A DNA stretch of 63,034 bases, the filler included, from Octopus bimaculoides (lineage: Eukaryota), in NCBI RefSeq assembly GCF_001194135.2. It is 4 parts of 3 records of this genome, joined end to end, with 100 filler letters (N's around TTAATTAATTAA, not from the genome) between each part and the next. Parts side by side here need not be neighbours in the genome. Positions count along the whole stretch, not along the records: positions 42,507 to 58,637 come from NC_068984.1; positions 58,738 to 63,034 come from NC_068991.1; 2 more parts are not named here. One strand, 5' to 3'. This document shows, piece by piece, positions 52,269-63,034 of this stretch; positions within the stretch are counted from its first letter, which is position 1; each line of letters starts with the position of its first letter. Both the position numbers and the translations under genes were made by a program. The notes beneath the pieces are model-generated. The model saw only the letters and a program-made list of their open reading frames with translations. It made no database searches and was not told the DNA's origin.

Positions 52269-53910
52269 CATATGCATATATGCATATGCATATAAATACA
52301 CACGCACATATGTATACGTATATGAAAAATGCATCATCCTTATGGATTTAACTGGATGTATAAATAATGATATGCAGTTAGATGCACGCATTTGGCTACG
52401 TTTATATAAATATAAATATAAATAGCCACGCTAGAAATAGGTTAGAATACACCCCCAGAATATCTTATAATAACATAATCTTCCCAATCCAAACTTGTCT
52501 AAAATACCCATTTCGGAATTTCTTCAAAGAAAGCTACTAATATCAACAGTAAGTTTAACCCCTATATGACCTATGTTGTGTGGCAGGCCGACTCATATTA
52601 CATATAAACATTCTTCTGTGAACGCTAAGATAGCTAGAAACCAACATTGCATACAAAAGCTCTGTATTAGTCAAAAGAAAACTTCAACCAACATAAACTG
52701 TGTCCGGAATATGACACAGCTGTGTAATCCTTTACTTTCACGCCCGATTGAATCCGAAACATAAACACACTATCAAACCGAAATAACTGTCTCCACCACA
52801 TCTTCCTATCAACCCACACTGTACAAGAACATATATCCCTCCGAACCTTTCATCATTCTCTCCCATCCTACACAATCACTTGCCCTGTCTACTTACACTA
52901 CACTTAATTTCCATTCACATTACTCCATCGACCATAAGAACAACTTGTCCAAAACTATTTTAAACCAGAAAGAACCAAAATAAACCATAGTCGGATGGCA
53001 ACGAATAAGCCACAACTTCAAAGTTGCTTTTAATGCTTTCCTTGTAAGAATTAATAAATATTTACTCAACTGCAAGTATTGAGTGATCTTTCAGCTCAAT
53101 ATTAAATAGTTTCCTTCTTTTTTTTACATACGTAACTTGGCATTAACACGAACATTAATAGATAAATAGATATAGATATGCATACGTGTTTTTATATATA
53201 ACTTCACATAAAACCAAACATGTATGTGTGTACGTGTGTGTGTGTATTCTTTTTCTCTTATTTTTTCTTATATTTGTTTCAGCCATTCACTTATTAGTCA
53301 TTAATCATTTGACAGCTTACTTTGAAGGTCATAATCGATTACATAAATCCCAGTATATGCGTGTGTGTGTGTGTGCGCGTGCGTGCATTTATGCATGGTT
53401 GTATGTATATNNNNNNNNNNNNNNNNNNNNNNNNNNNNNNNNNNNNNNNNNNNNNNNNNNNNNNNNNNNNNNNNNNNNNNNNNNNNNNNNNNNNNNNNNN
53501 NNNNNNNNNNNNNNNNNNNNNNNNNNNNNNNNNNNNNNNNNNNNNNNNNNNNNNNNNNNNNNNNNNNNNNNNNNNNNNNNNNNNNNNNNNNNNNNNNNNN
53601 NNNNNNNNNNNNNNNNNNNNNNNNNNNNNNNNNNNNNNNNNNNNNNNNNNNNNNNNNNNNNNNNNNNNNNNNNNNNNNNNNNNNNNNNNNNNNNNNNNNN
53701 NNNNNNNNNNNNNNNNNNNNNNNNNNNNNNNNNNNNNNNNNNNNNNNNNNNNNNNNNNNNNNNNNNNNNNNNNNNNNNNNNNNNNNNNNNNNNNNNNNNN
53801 NNNNNNNNNNNNNNNNNNNNNNNNNNNNNNNNNNNNNNNNNNNNNNNNNNNNNNNNNNNNNNNNNNNNNNNNNNNNNNNNNNNNNNNNNNNNNNNNNNNN
53901 NNNNNNNNNN

Positions 53911-53943
<33 letters not shown>

Positions 53944-55137
53944 ATATATATATATATATACACACATATCTATGCATACATACATGTATATACATATACA
54001 TACATACATACATACATAAATACATACATGCATGCATGCATGCATACATACACGCACACACATACACACACACACACATACACATACATACATACATACA
54101 TACATACATACATACATACATACATACATACATACATACATAGACACGGCGCCGTCAATGTCAGACGTGCAAGCGCAGAGGACTGTTTAAAGTTCCTGTT
54201 TGAACGTTTGCTTCAACTCTTATACCAACTCTTCCACACTAAATCAGTAACAAGTTTACTTCTCTAAACACCTTTTACTTTATCAGCGTATTGTTATTCA
54301 GACCGGCTTAAAAAAATATATACGTTTTACCATGTGGAATTCCGTTAGCACGATATTGGTTGAAACTAATAATAATACCAGAGAGTACTACAGCCCCAGT
54401 AAGCTGTTTAAGAAGACGTCAGTACTCTTCTCGGTCTACTTGGAGTTTACACCTAAACCAAGATTTACTTCAGTGCAATGGAAAAGCTCATGACCCTTTT
54501 TTCGGTTATATGAAGCGATTAAATAAATACTAGGAGGAAACTCACTTAAATTTATCACCTTTACAGCGAAACGTCTTTTAAAAAAAGAACTGGCTTGCTT
54601 TTGTGATATTGATCGATCTTCTCAAAACACTGAAAACTGGCCAAAATCTACCATAAGATGAATTGGAAATCATACAAACAAATCGAGCCACCATCACTAA
54701 ATTCTCGTGCCTCTCCGAAGGCAGTTGAGTCAAGAGAGACGACTGTGGAATATATCTTATATAACTTTAAAACATCTTGAAACCACAGTTCGTCGAAAAC
54801 TCTTGTACTTTTTCGAAACTATACTTGAGCGACAGGCCATTCTCAAGAAGATTAAAGGGAAATTAAAAGTTATTGACGATGTTGCTGGCGAACACATGGA
54901 ATCATGTAATGTTAACTACTGAAATATTAATACCCTCATATACACAGCTGCTATCACTCTTAAAGAATGCCTAAGAGCAATCTGTTGTATGCATGGTAAT
55001 GAAATTACTATACGGTAGCAACGAATATGGAAAACAAAACTTGAAGAAAACAATCTGCACCGCCATATTGGATGGTTAGCTTCGATTACAACATGCAAGA
55101 GGAAATAATAAGTTCATGCCTCATTAATTATACTTTA

Positions 55138-55545
55138 GGCGTAGGAGTGGCTGTGTGGTAAGTAGCTTGCTTACCGACTACATGGTTCCGGGTTCATTCC
55201 CACTGCGTGGCACCTTGGGCAAGTGTCTTCTACTATAGCCTCGGGCCGACCAAAGCGTTGTGAGTGGATTTGGTAGACGGAAACTGAAAGAAGCCCGTCG
55301 TATATATGTATATATATATGTGTGTGTGTGTATGTTTGTGTGTCTGTGTTGTCCCCACAACATCGCTTGACAACCGATGCTGGTGTGCTTAGGTCCCCGT
55401 AACCTAGCGGTTCGGCAAAAGCGACCGATAGAATAAATACTAGGCTTCCAAAGAATAAGTCCTGGGGTCGATTTGCTCGACTAAAGGTGGTGCTCCAGCA
55501 TGGCCACAGTCAAATGACTGAAACAAGTAAAAGAGTAAAAGAGTA
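55138..55545 (+). mobile_element. SINE family A, full length and youngest-looking: tRNA-like head, CORE-like block, internal (TA)n(TG)n, (AAAGAGT)n tail
   Basis: A-box-like TGGCTGTGTGG, B-box-like GGTTCATTCCC, CCTTGGGCAAGTGTCTT; at least 6 other copies in the window. Confidence 0.9.
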
Positions 55546-56149
55546 TACATAAGTTTACAAAACTCTATGGTAACCTTCATAGCAAGCTCTTCAGGGAAAG
55601 CTAATCACTCTAAAGCACGAACTCAGGACGCTGTGAGAAAAACTCCGTTACTTTAGGGGAATGTTTTTAACGAGCCAGTATAAATAACAAGTTTGCTTCC
55701 AACTCACAATCATTATATAGAGAAATGAGTAATAAAAATAGTACTGTTAAGAAAATTACTTCTCGAAAAGATGACTTCGACCTTTATACATTGTGCATAA
55801 GTACAATTGGAGAGGATATTGTATCAACGACAGTATGTTTTACATAAACTGTTGACTCGGAAATTTTCACTATAGTTGTAAGCAAACTGCATAATGGAAA
55901 GATACCTCGAAGAACTTTAATGGTTGGATATTGTTACATTTTACAGAAAACAATTAATATGTAGGAAGCGCATTCTAGAAGTTTTGAGACTTTCTTGGGA
56001 GAGGCAGTTATAACTATCCTAGATCGGGGTACTGTTAGCATATCATTATTATACACCTAGTAAGCTGACCTGCCTTCTTTTTATTCCAAATTCAAGGAGA
56101 CGCTATAACAACACTTTGAACACATCCTACTTAATACTGCTTGACATAG

Positions 56150-57297
56150 CTGAGTAGTTGCAGAATGCAGTTGAAACGTTTGGCAGTTCGCTATGCAATA
56201 AAGTTTTGTTTTAAACTGCACAAAATCGCTTCAGAAACATATGAAATTTTCCAAACTGCTTATGAGCTAACTTTTTCGCTAGCACAAAAGATTCAATGAC
56301 TTTAGAGAGGAGATGAGAGGTGATAAGAGCTGCTTATGGATTAACTTGCATGAACCGATCATTTGTTTCGTTTTCTGCTGGCACAAGAAGTTCAAGAGAG
56401 ATGTTCTGACGGGTGTGTAAGCGAAAGGAATGTCAGAACATCAGATCTAGTTGAGAAAATTCACAATTCTCTGGATGAAGACCGTCGTGTGAATATAAAC
56501 AATAAGCATGCAGTTTGCTGTCGGTGAGGCAACTGCACACAGAATTATTCATGAAGATATGAACAATTGCAAAATTTGTGTAAAATTTATTCCCCGGATG
56601 CTCAGTGACGAACAGAGGGAAAGATGCGTTGGTGACAACATAGAAATACTTGATTTCATTATCTCCAATTCAAGAGTAACTGAGTCTCTAGTAATCTGTG
56701 ACGAAAACTGAATCTATTGCTATGGTCCAGAGGCCATGAGACAGAGTGCCCAATAGAAGCATACTGGCTCCCAAAAAGGCCATGCAAAGTAAATCCACCA
56801 AGAAATTCATGATGATTCCTTTTTTTCGACAGAAAGGGCGTCATCTACATCCACTGGGTTCGCTCTGGCCAGATGGTCAACAAAGAGTACTTTGTGGAGG
56901 TTTTGAGGGAGTTCAGCAAAAGCTTTCGTCGCCAAAGGCCAAAGCTTATCCTCTTAGGTCAGTGGTTCCTACACCAGGACAATACACCAATCCGCAATTC
57001 CATCCTGGTAACCAACTACTTGACAGAGCTGGGCATCAAAATTGTCCTGCGCCCTCCATACAGCCCAGGTCATGCTTCCTGTGACTTGACATTGAGAAGA
57101 TGAAGGAAGTTGAGACAAGAATCCTGGACATCATCACTTTGGAGGACTTCCATTGGGCCTTCATAAAGTTGTTGAAGCGTAACATTTGAATTGAAGTCAG
57201 AGGATCCTACTTTGAAGGAGATTAGTGTTTTGTATTTCTTTGAAATTAATAACTGTCTCTTTTGAAAAGTTTCAAAACTTCCGGAAAGCAATTCGTA
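56150..57297 (+). mobile_element. mariner (D,D34D) transposon, near full length, decayed
   Basis: YAIKFCFKL, VKFIPRMLSDEQ, VICDEN, WFLHQDNTP, PPYSPGHASCD; 3' TIR-like AAAGTTTCAAAACTTCCGGAAAGCAATTCG-TA. Confidence 0.85.
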
Positions 57298-59504
57298 CAT
57301 TCAAAAGGAACTACGGAAGGTCAGACTGACATACCAAATTGACTTGTTATAGCACGAACGAATCTTATGAGAAAGAATGAAATCACCGAGTTAGCAGAAA
57401 ACTATAAGCCCTTTGCTTACCTAAACATTACGTACAAGCTGCACACAAGCTACCTCAACAAATCCCTCCCGGGTCAGTGTGAATTCAACAACATAATGAG
57501 TGATGAGAAGGCAGGTGAAAAGAGGGGATTGTTGGGGCATACCGAACAACTTTTGATAAGCAAAGTTTTACTGTCTGAAATAAGAAAACACCATAGAAGC
57601 CTTGCGACAGTTGGCTTGATTATAGGAAAGCATTCGACTCTATTCCCCACTCATAGTTACTGATGTGCCGACATTTGGAAAAGTACCTGCTATTTTAGTT
57701 GCTGCCATTGAGAGACTTGCAAATACCTGGATAACAATTCTCACACTTACAACTTACAGTGGAACGATCTCTCCAATGTTATTAATATTTCAAAGGAAAT
57801 ATTCCAAGGAGATAATCTTTCTGTAATTCTATTCATTTTGACATTAAATCCGTTATCATACCTGCTACAAAAATCAAATGACTATATGCTAGGGTCTACA
57901 ACTGCTAGAGATATTAATGTAATCTATAATTTCTTTGTAGATGAACTCGAGTCTTATGTGAAGAATGTTAACAACGCCAAATAACAGCTGGAGTTAATTA
58001 CAACCTTTTCAGCTGATATAGTAATGGAATTTGGTCAAAAGAAACGTTCATATTCGATTGTTGTGCATCGACAGCTTCTCTATTTCTCCTGTTCCACACA
58101 AAGAATGCTACAAACTCCTAGGGACTCGTAACAACGTATACGAAGGTGTTCGGAATAAAGATAGAGTAACCCAAGAATATTGTACAAGACTTAGTCGGAA
58201 CTCTCCTCTCACAGCAAGACAATATCTCACAATGCATTTGCAGCACCAGGGCTGATTCCACCACTTGGGATACTTCACAGATCTGTAGAGGAAATCTATT
58301 CCATAGGCATTAAAACCCGCACACACAGGTAACGATATCATCAATGACTTTGCAATTTAAAAAATAAAAGGAGAAAACTTTTCAACTATAAATAAAATGG
58401 AAGCATACAAGAATAAAGATTATTTTCCATCTTACTGTGAATTTTGTTTCATTTTGAAAAATAAAAATTAATTTTAAGGTTTATGCTCGTTTACATTTTT
58501 AATTATTTACTTATACTTGAGGGCACCAAAATCTTCCAAGTGCTTAGGGCCTCTATGGGTCGTAATCCGGCCCTGTATGTATGTGTATATAAGCTTGTCT
58601 GTGTTTATATTTGTAGTAATCTAAAACTCTATGCTGCNNNNNNNNNNNNNNNNNNNNNNNNNNNNNNNNNNNNNNNNNNNNTTAATTAATTAANNNNNNN
58701 NNNNNNNNNNNNNNNNNNNNNNNNNNNNNNNNNNNNNTGTATGTATGTATGTATGTATGTATATACGTACGTATGTATGTATGTATGCATGTATGTAACT
58801 ATGTATGCATGCACGTATGTATATACGTATGTATGTATTCATGTATGTGTTTCCATGTACGCATGTATGTATGTACGTAAGTATGTATGTATGGATGTAT
58901 GTATGTATGTATGTATGTATGTATGGATGAATGTATGTCCGTATGTACGTCGGTATGTATATATGTATGTAAGTATATATGAATACAAGTTTGCATTAAT
59001 GTATATGTGTACAATTTCGTATGTATGTGTATGTATGCGTGATTGTGTGTATGTGTGTATATATATATGTATGTAAGTGTATATGTATGTGTGTATCTAC
59101 CTATGTATGACTACGTATGTCTGTATAGAAGGGTGGATATGAGCATTTATGTAAAAAGTTAAATACATATGCATGTAAGTGTGTGTGCATGAGTGTATGT
59201 GTTTGCAATACATATATGCTTTATGAGTTAGTGCTTAAATTTCATTAAGGTTAATTTTGTCTTTCAGGAGATCAAGTATAGTGTTACTGTATTCTCCCTC
59301 TTTGGCATAAAGATAAATGTAAATATTTATATACATACATCCCGCTCCCGATATATATANNNNNNNNNNNNNNNNNNNNNNNNNNNNNNNNNNNNNNNNN
59401 NNNNNNNNNNNNNNNNNNNNNNNNNNNNNNNNNNNNNNNNNNNNNNNNNNNNNNNNNNNNNNNNNNNNNNNNNNNNNNNNNNNNNNNNNNNNNNNNNNNN
59501 NNNN

Positions 59505-59558
<54 letters not shown>

Positions 59559-59897
59559 TATCATAAATATATTGTATGTATGTCTTTCATCTATCTATCT
59601 ATCTATCTAAATATCTGTGTGCGTGTGTGAGTAAATATGTGTGTGTACGTGTGTGTGTGTGTGTCAGTGTCTGTGTGCTTGTGTGCGTGTGTTTGTGCGC
59701 GCGCGCACGTGCGTGTGTGTATGTGTATGTGTATGTGTGTGTGGTTCTAATCTGGTGATCATACAATGTACAAGTATGAAAGAACTTCGTGTTTTAAAAC
59801 GAAAATTGCATAATTAAATTTATTCATATCCATACACTATGGACAGAACGTTTCAGCCAGGCATATATCCTGTAAACGTCATAAGAGGAAAAATATT

Positions 59898-60030
59898 CTT
59901 TTCTACTGTAATCACAAGACCCGAAATTCTTGTGGACAAGGCCAGTTGATTAGATCGATCCCAGTACGCAACTGGTACTTAATTTATCGACCCCGAAAGG
60001 ATGAAAGGCAAAGTCGACCTCGGCGGAATT
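59898..60030 (-). mobile_element. SINE family B, 5'-truncated, with a decayed 17-bp TSD
   Basis: TSD ATAAGAGGAAAAATATT (59881-59897) versus ATGAGAGGAGAAATATT (60031-60047). Confidence 0.85.
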
Positions 60031-60098
60031 ATGAGAGGAGAAATATTAAGGTGCTATCAATACTTACATACATATATGCATAAATGCACACATACATG

Positions 60099-60131
<33 letters not shown>

Positions 60132-61011
60132 TTTTTCTCTCGGTCCCTTTTGATCGAACTCCCCCCTTTTTTCCTTCCTACGATCCCTTTTGATCGACAC
60201 CCACCCCTACTTTTTTTTCTTCCTTCCCCCTCCCAAAAAGAAAAGCTCTACATTGTATTCGTCCCATCTTTGTTTAGCCCTGTGTGGCTAATAAAAGAAA
60301 TGTATCTATAAAATTCTTAGAAGGGAAATAGAAATCTATCGCTGTTATTTGGATAACGAACGATCATGTTACAAATTCAAGTTCAGGAAAATCTTATATA
60401 CATTTTACTGCTCTACTTACATATTGTATCGGTAAAGTTCGAGTTAGCTTGCCTTTTCCATATAGTCATTTAGGTATTTCCTAACGTAACCAAGTGCACC
60501 AATGATTATTGGTATAAAAGTGAATATGTAGCAAGGAGAAAGAAGCTGTTGGTTCTCATATGATAACACATACATACATACATACATACCTGTAATTATT
60601 GGAGCACTGGGCTATGTAGCATAATACCTAAATATCAATTAGGCTTCTCAAAAGTAGAAAAGAGAAGGCTGATTCGAAGACTAAATATCCACTCCATCAC
60701 CAGGAATGTAAGTATCTGTAAAACTTTCCGGAAGTTTATCATTTAAATATATATCAGCATATCTAGATGTGCAAGTATATGCATGAGAAGATATTCATAA
60801 AACGAAACATACAAATCTGCACGTATAGATACATGCAAACATAGAAAAATAGCCTGTCGATGGTGTTGAAATTCCAATAAAGGAGCCTTGGATCAAGGTT
60901 AGAAACTGGCTCTTTCTCTGTTGGCAATGAATTTTGAAATAAAACTGAATAATGACATACACGCATACATATATACATACATGCATACATATATACACAC
61001 ATGCGTGAGTA

Positions 61012-61088
<77 letters not shown>

Positions 61089-61159
61089 CAAGCACGCATA
61101 TACATACAAACGTACATCAAACAAGTTTGTCTTATTAGATGTCCGTTTTTATGTTCTTA

Positions 61160-61300
61160 GTTCAATTTCCTACAAAGTCGACTTTGCCTTTACTCCTTTC
61201 CGAGTCTATAAAAGAAGTACAAGTGGAACTCTGGAGTCATTCTAATCGACTTACCCACTTCCTCGAAATTACCGGCCTTGTGCCAAAATTTGAAATCAAT
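61160..61300 (+). mobile_element. SINE family B, decayed core and tail
   Basis: GTCGACTTTGCCTTTACTCCTTTCCGAGTC...CTAATCGACTTACCC...GGCCTTGTGCC. Confidence 0.7.
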
Positions 61301-62674
61301 ATTAAAATGGCAAAGAAAAAATGCTTTTTATGCAAATTATATATACGTATATAATTTGATTCCTGTTTTCAATCAATTGAACAAATAATGCTTCTAGAGG
61401 ATGCATGATCGCCTTAACTTCCCATTTAACTTGTAACATAAATCTAATTATGCTATCATTATTTATTTTGTCATTCAATCGTACATCGTGCAAATTGATT
61501 TGGCATCAAAATCTCATAGAATCTGCAGGATAAGAGACAGAATTTTTTACAAATCTATGGTAGAACTACTGTTATTGTATAATTGAATGTTTGACTATAT
61601 AATTACCCCGTTCCCGAATTTGTTTAATAATATAATCTTGCGTGAAGGTCACCCAGTTTTATACTCACTGTGTCGACTGGTTACTGTGACGCAAACATAA
61701 GGCGGAAATTACTTGTGACTTAACGTTCAGTTCTTACTTAATCTGTGTTTTCATTTTAAACAGCACGTAGCGGAATATAACATTCAGACAGCATCCGGAA
61801 GTTGATTCAACAGCACAACATCCTGTCAAATCGACTCCTGCAGGCAGTCGACAGATGAAGTATCATAATTTACAAGTCAGGCAATATTAGTGACGCAGAG
61901 TGAGGAAGTTTTAAGTTGAACGCCGTTATTTGTTCGTAAAAGTAGCAAAAGAATGAGTTAAAAGGAAATAAAGGGGAAAATAATAACGAAAAAGCTGACT
62001 CATGTAATTACTATGTAATTAGGGAAAACTGACGAAGCCGGCTCGAACGACTGAGAGCCAGGTCCCATATTCGTATTCCAGTCTGATATTATTTTAATTT
62101 CATAAATATATATTTCTAAAGTTCTAGATCAGTCCACATACACCATGATTAGCATTCTCTGCTTAAAGTTATTGTTGTTGTCAAACACGCAGGTCTATGT
62201 ACTTATAGCAATCTTTTCTCTTTTGTACTTCTCTCTATTTATTAAATCTCAACATATACATTATAATTGACGTCTTAATTAATAAGTTAGTAAATCCATT
62301 TACACTATAATTGGCGTTTTCCTTTTAGTATTGCTACTGTTGTTGTTAAACTTCAGGTGTGCTGTATTACTGCAAACATTTGAACATAAGTGTTTTAGAT
62401 AGAAAAACATTAAAATAATCCAAGGACTATGACTTATAGAAGACAATTAAATGAATGTGGGTAATGAAGTGAAGATGTGATGTACAGAATCCTTAATAAA
62501 CTGGTATGATTTCCTCGGTAGGAGAAAGAAGACAAAGACAAAGAATCGAAATTATTAGCAGCTCTCAAACAAAAGAGATGAAAATTTCAAAAAACTAAGA
62601 ATTATTTTACATGCTTAGGGGAAAGTTTGATATTTGATTACGAGCAAGTGGAGCAGCTATAAATATATATTTCT

Positions 62675-62900
62675 TATTTCTTTGAAGCCCACAAGGGGCT
62701 AAACATAGAGGGGACAAACAAGGGCAGACAAAGGGATTAAGTCAATTACATCGACCCTAGTGCGTAACTGGTACTTAATTTATCGACCCCGAAAGGATGA
62801 AAGGCAAAGTCGACCTCGGCGGAATTTGAACTCAGAACATAAGGACAGACGAAATACCGCTAAGTATTTCGCCCGGCGTGCTAACGTTTCTGCCAGCTCG
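62675..62900 (-). mobile_element. SINE family B, young copy with an alternative 3' tail and a 21-22-bp TSD
   Basis: TSD (G)CAGCTATAAATATATATTTCT at 62653-62674 and 62900-62921; core GTCGACTTTGCCTTTCATCCTTTCGGGGTCGATAAATTAAGTACCAG. Confidence 0.9.
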
Positions 62901-63034
62901 CAGCTATAAATATATATTTCTGTCTACTTAAACCTCATTAGCGCAGCTTTGTCAAATCAAGCTTTATCAGCTAACAAAGGTTGACCAGTACTATTTACAT
63001 GATTTTAAATTAAAATGAGCTAACGAAAATGACT

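Larger units (their letters stand above)
54700..58330 (+). mobile_element. Long decayed R4/Dong-like LINE (N-terminal region to RT), interrupted by a SINE and a mariner
   Basis: NINTLIYTAAITL, KLITLKHEL and INNKFASN before the inserts; ENYKPFAYLNITYKL, IFQGDNLSVILFILTLNPLS and FFVDE after them. Confidence 0.7.

Noticed and set aside
55138-55215. tRNA-like sequence with A and B boxes
   Set aside because: It is the head of a SINE repeated many times in the window; no proper cloverleaf or terminator is evident.
62029-62062. CTGACGA-AGCCGGCT-CGAAC, resembling a hammerhead core
   Set aside because: GAAA is incomplete and neither stem I nor stem III can be formed.

Overview
Repeat-dominated, AT-rich eukaryotic DNA from a gapped draft assembly. 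Many N-runs; three 100-bp gaps carry an artificial TTAATTAATTAA spacer. The dense (AC)n/(AT)n/(ATAC)n/(AAT)n microsatellites, the SINE families and the retroelement types look like an octopus (coleoid cephalopod) intronic or intergenic region; this is inference, not a database match. I found no intact host gene, RNA gene or CRISPR array, and almost all long ORFs in the track are microsatellite or N-gap artefacts. Recognisable content is decayed mobile DNA: Penelope-like elements (RT and GIY-YIG remnants), many R4/Dong-like RLE LINE pieces sitting in (TAA)n, the 5' half of an L1/Tx1-like LINE, mariner, maT/DD37D, Tc1 (IR/DR) and Tigger/pogo transposase remnants, a hAT MITE, and at least three tRNA-derived SINE families (some with clear TSDs). 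Three unexplained signals stand out. (1) Two sequence-unrelated repeats (44745-44806 and 4478-4535, minus strand) carry the hammerhead core blocks with correct stem I and UH adjacency but in a non-canonical strand order. (2) A minus-strand polypyrimidine-CAG|GTAAGA junction at 33342/33341 is followed 27 nt later by a second donor, suggesting a recursive splice site or 27-nt microexon. (3) Two plus-strand phase-1 exon candidates (1-100 and 15848-16015).
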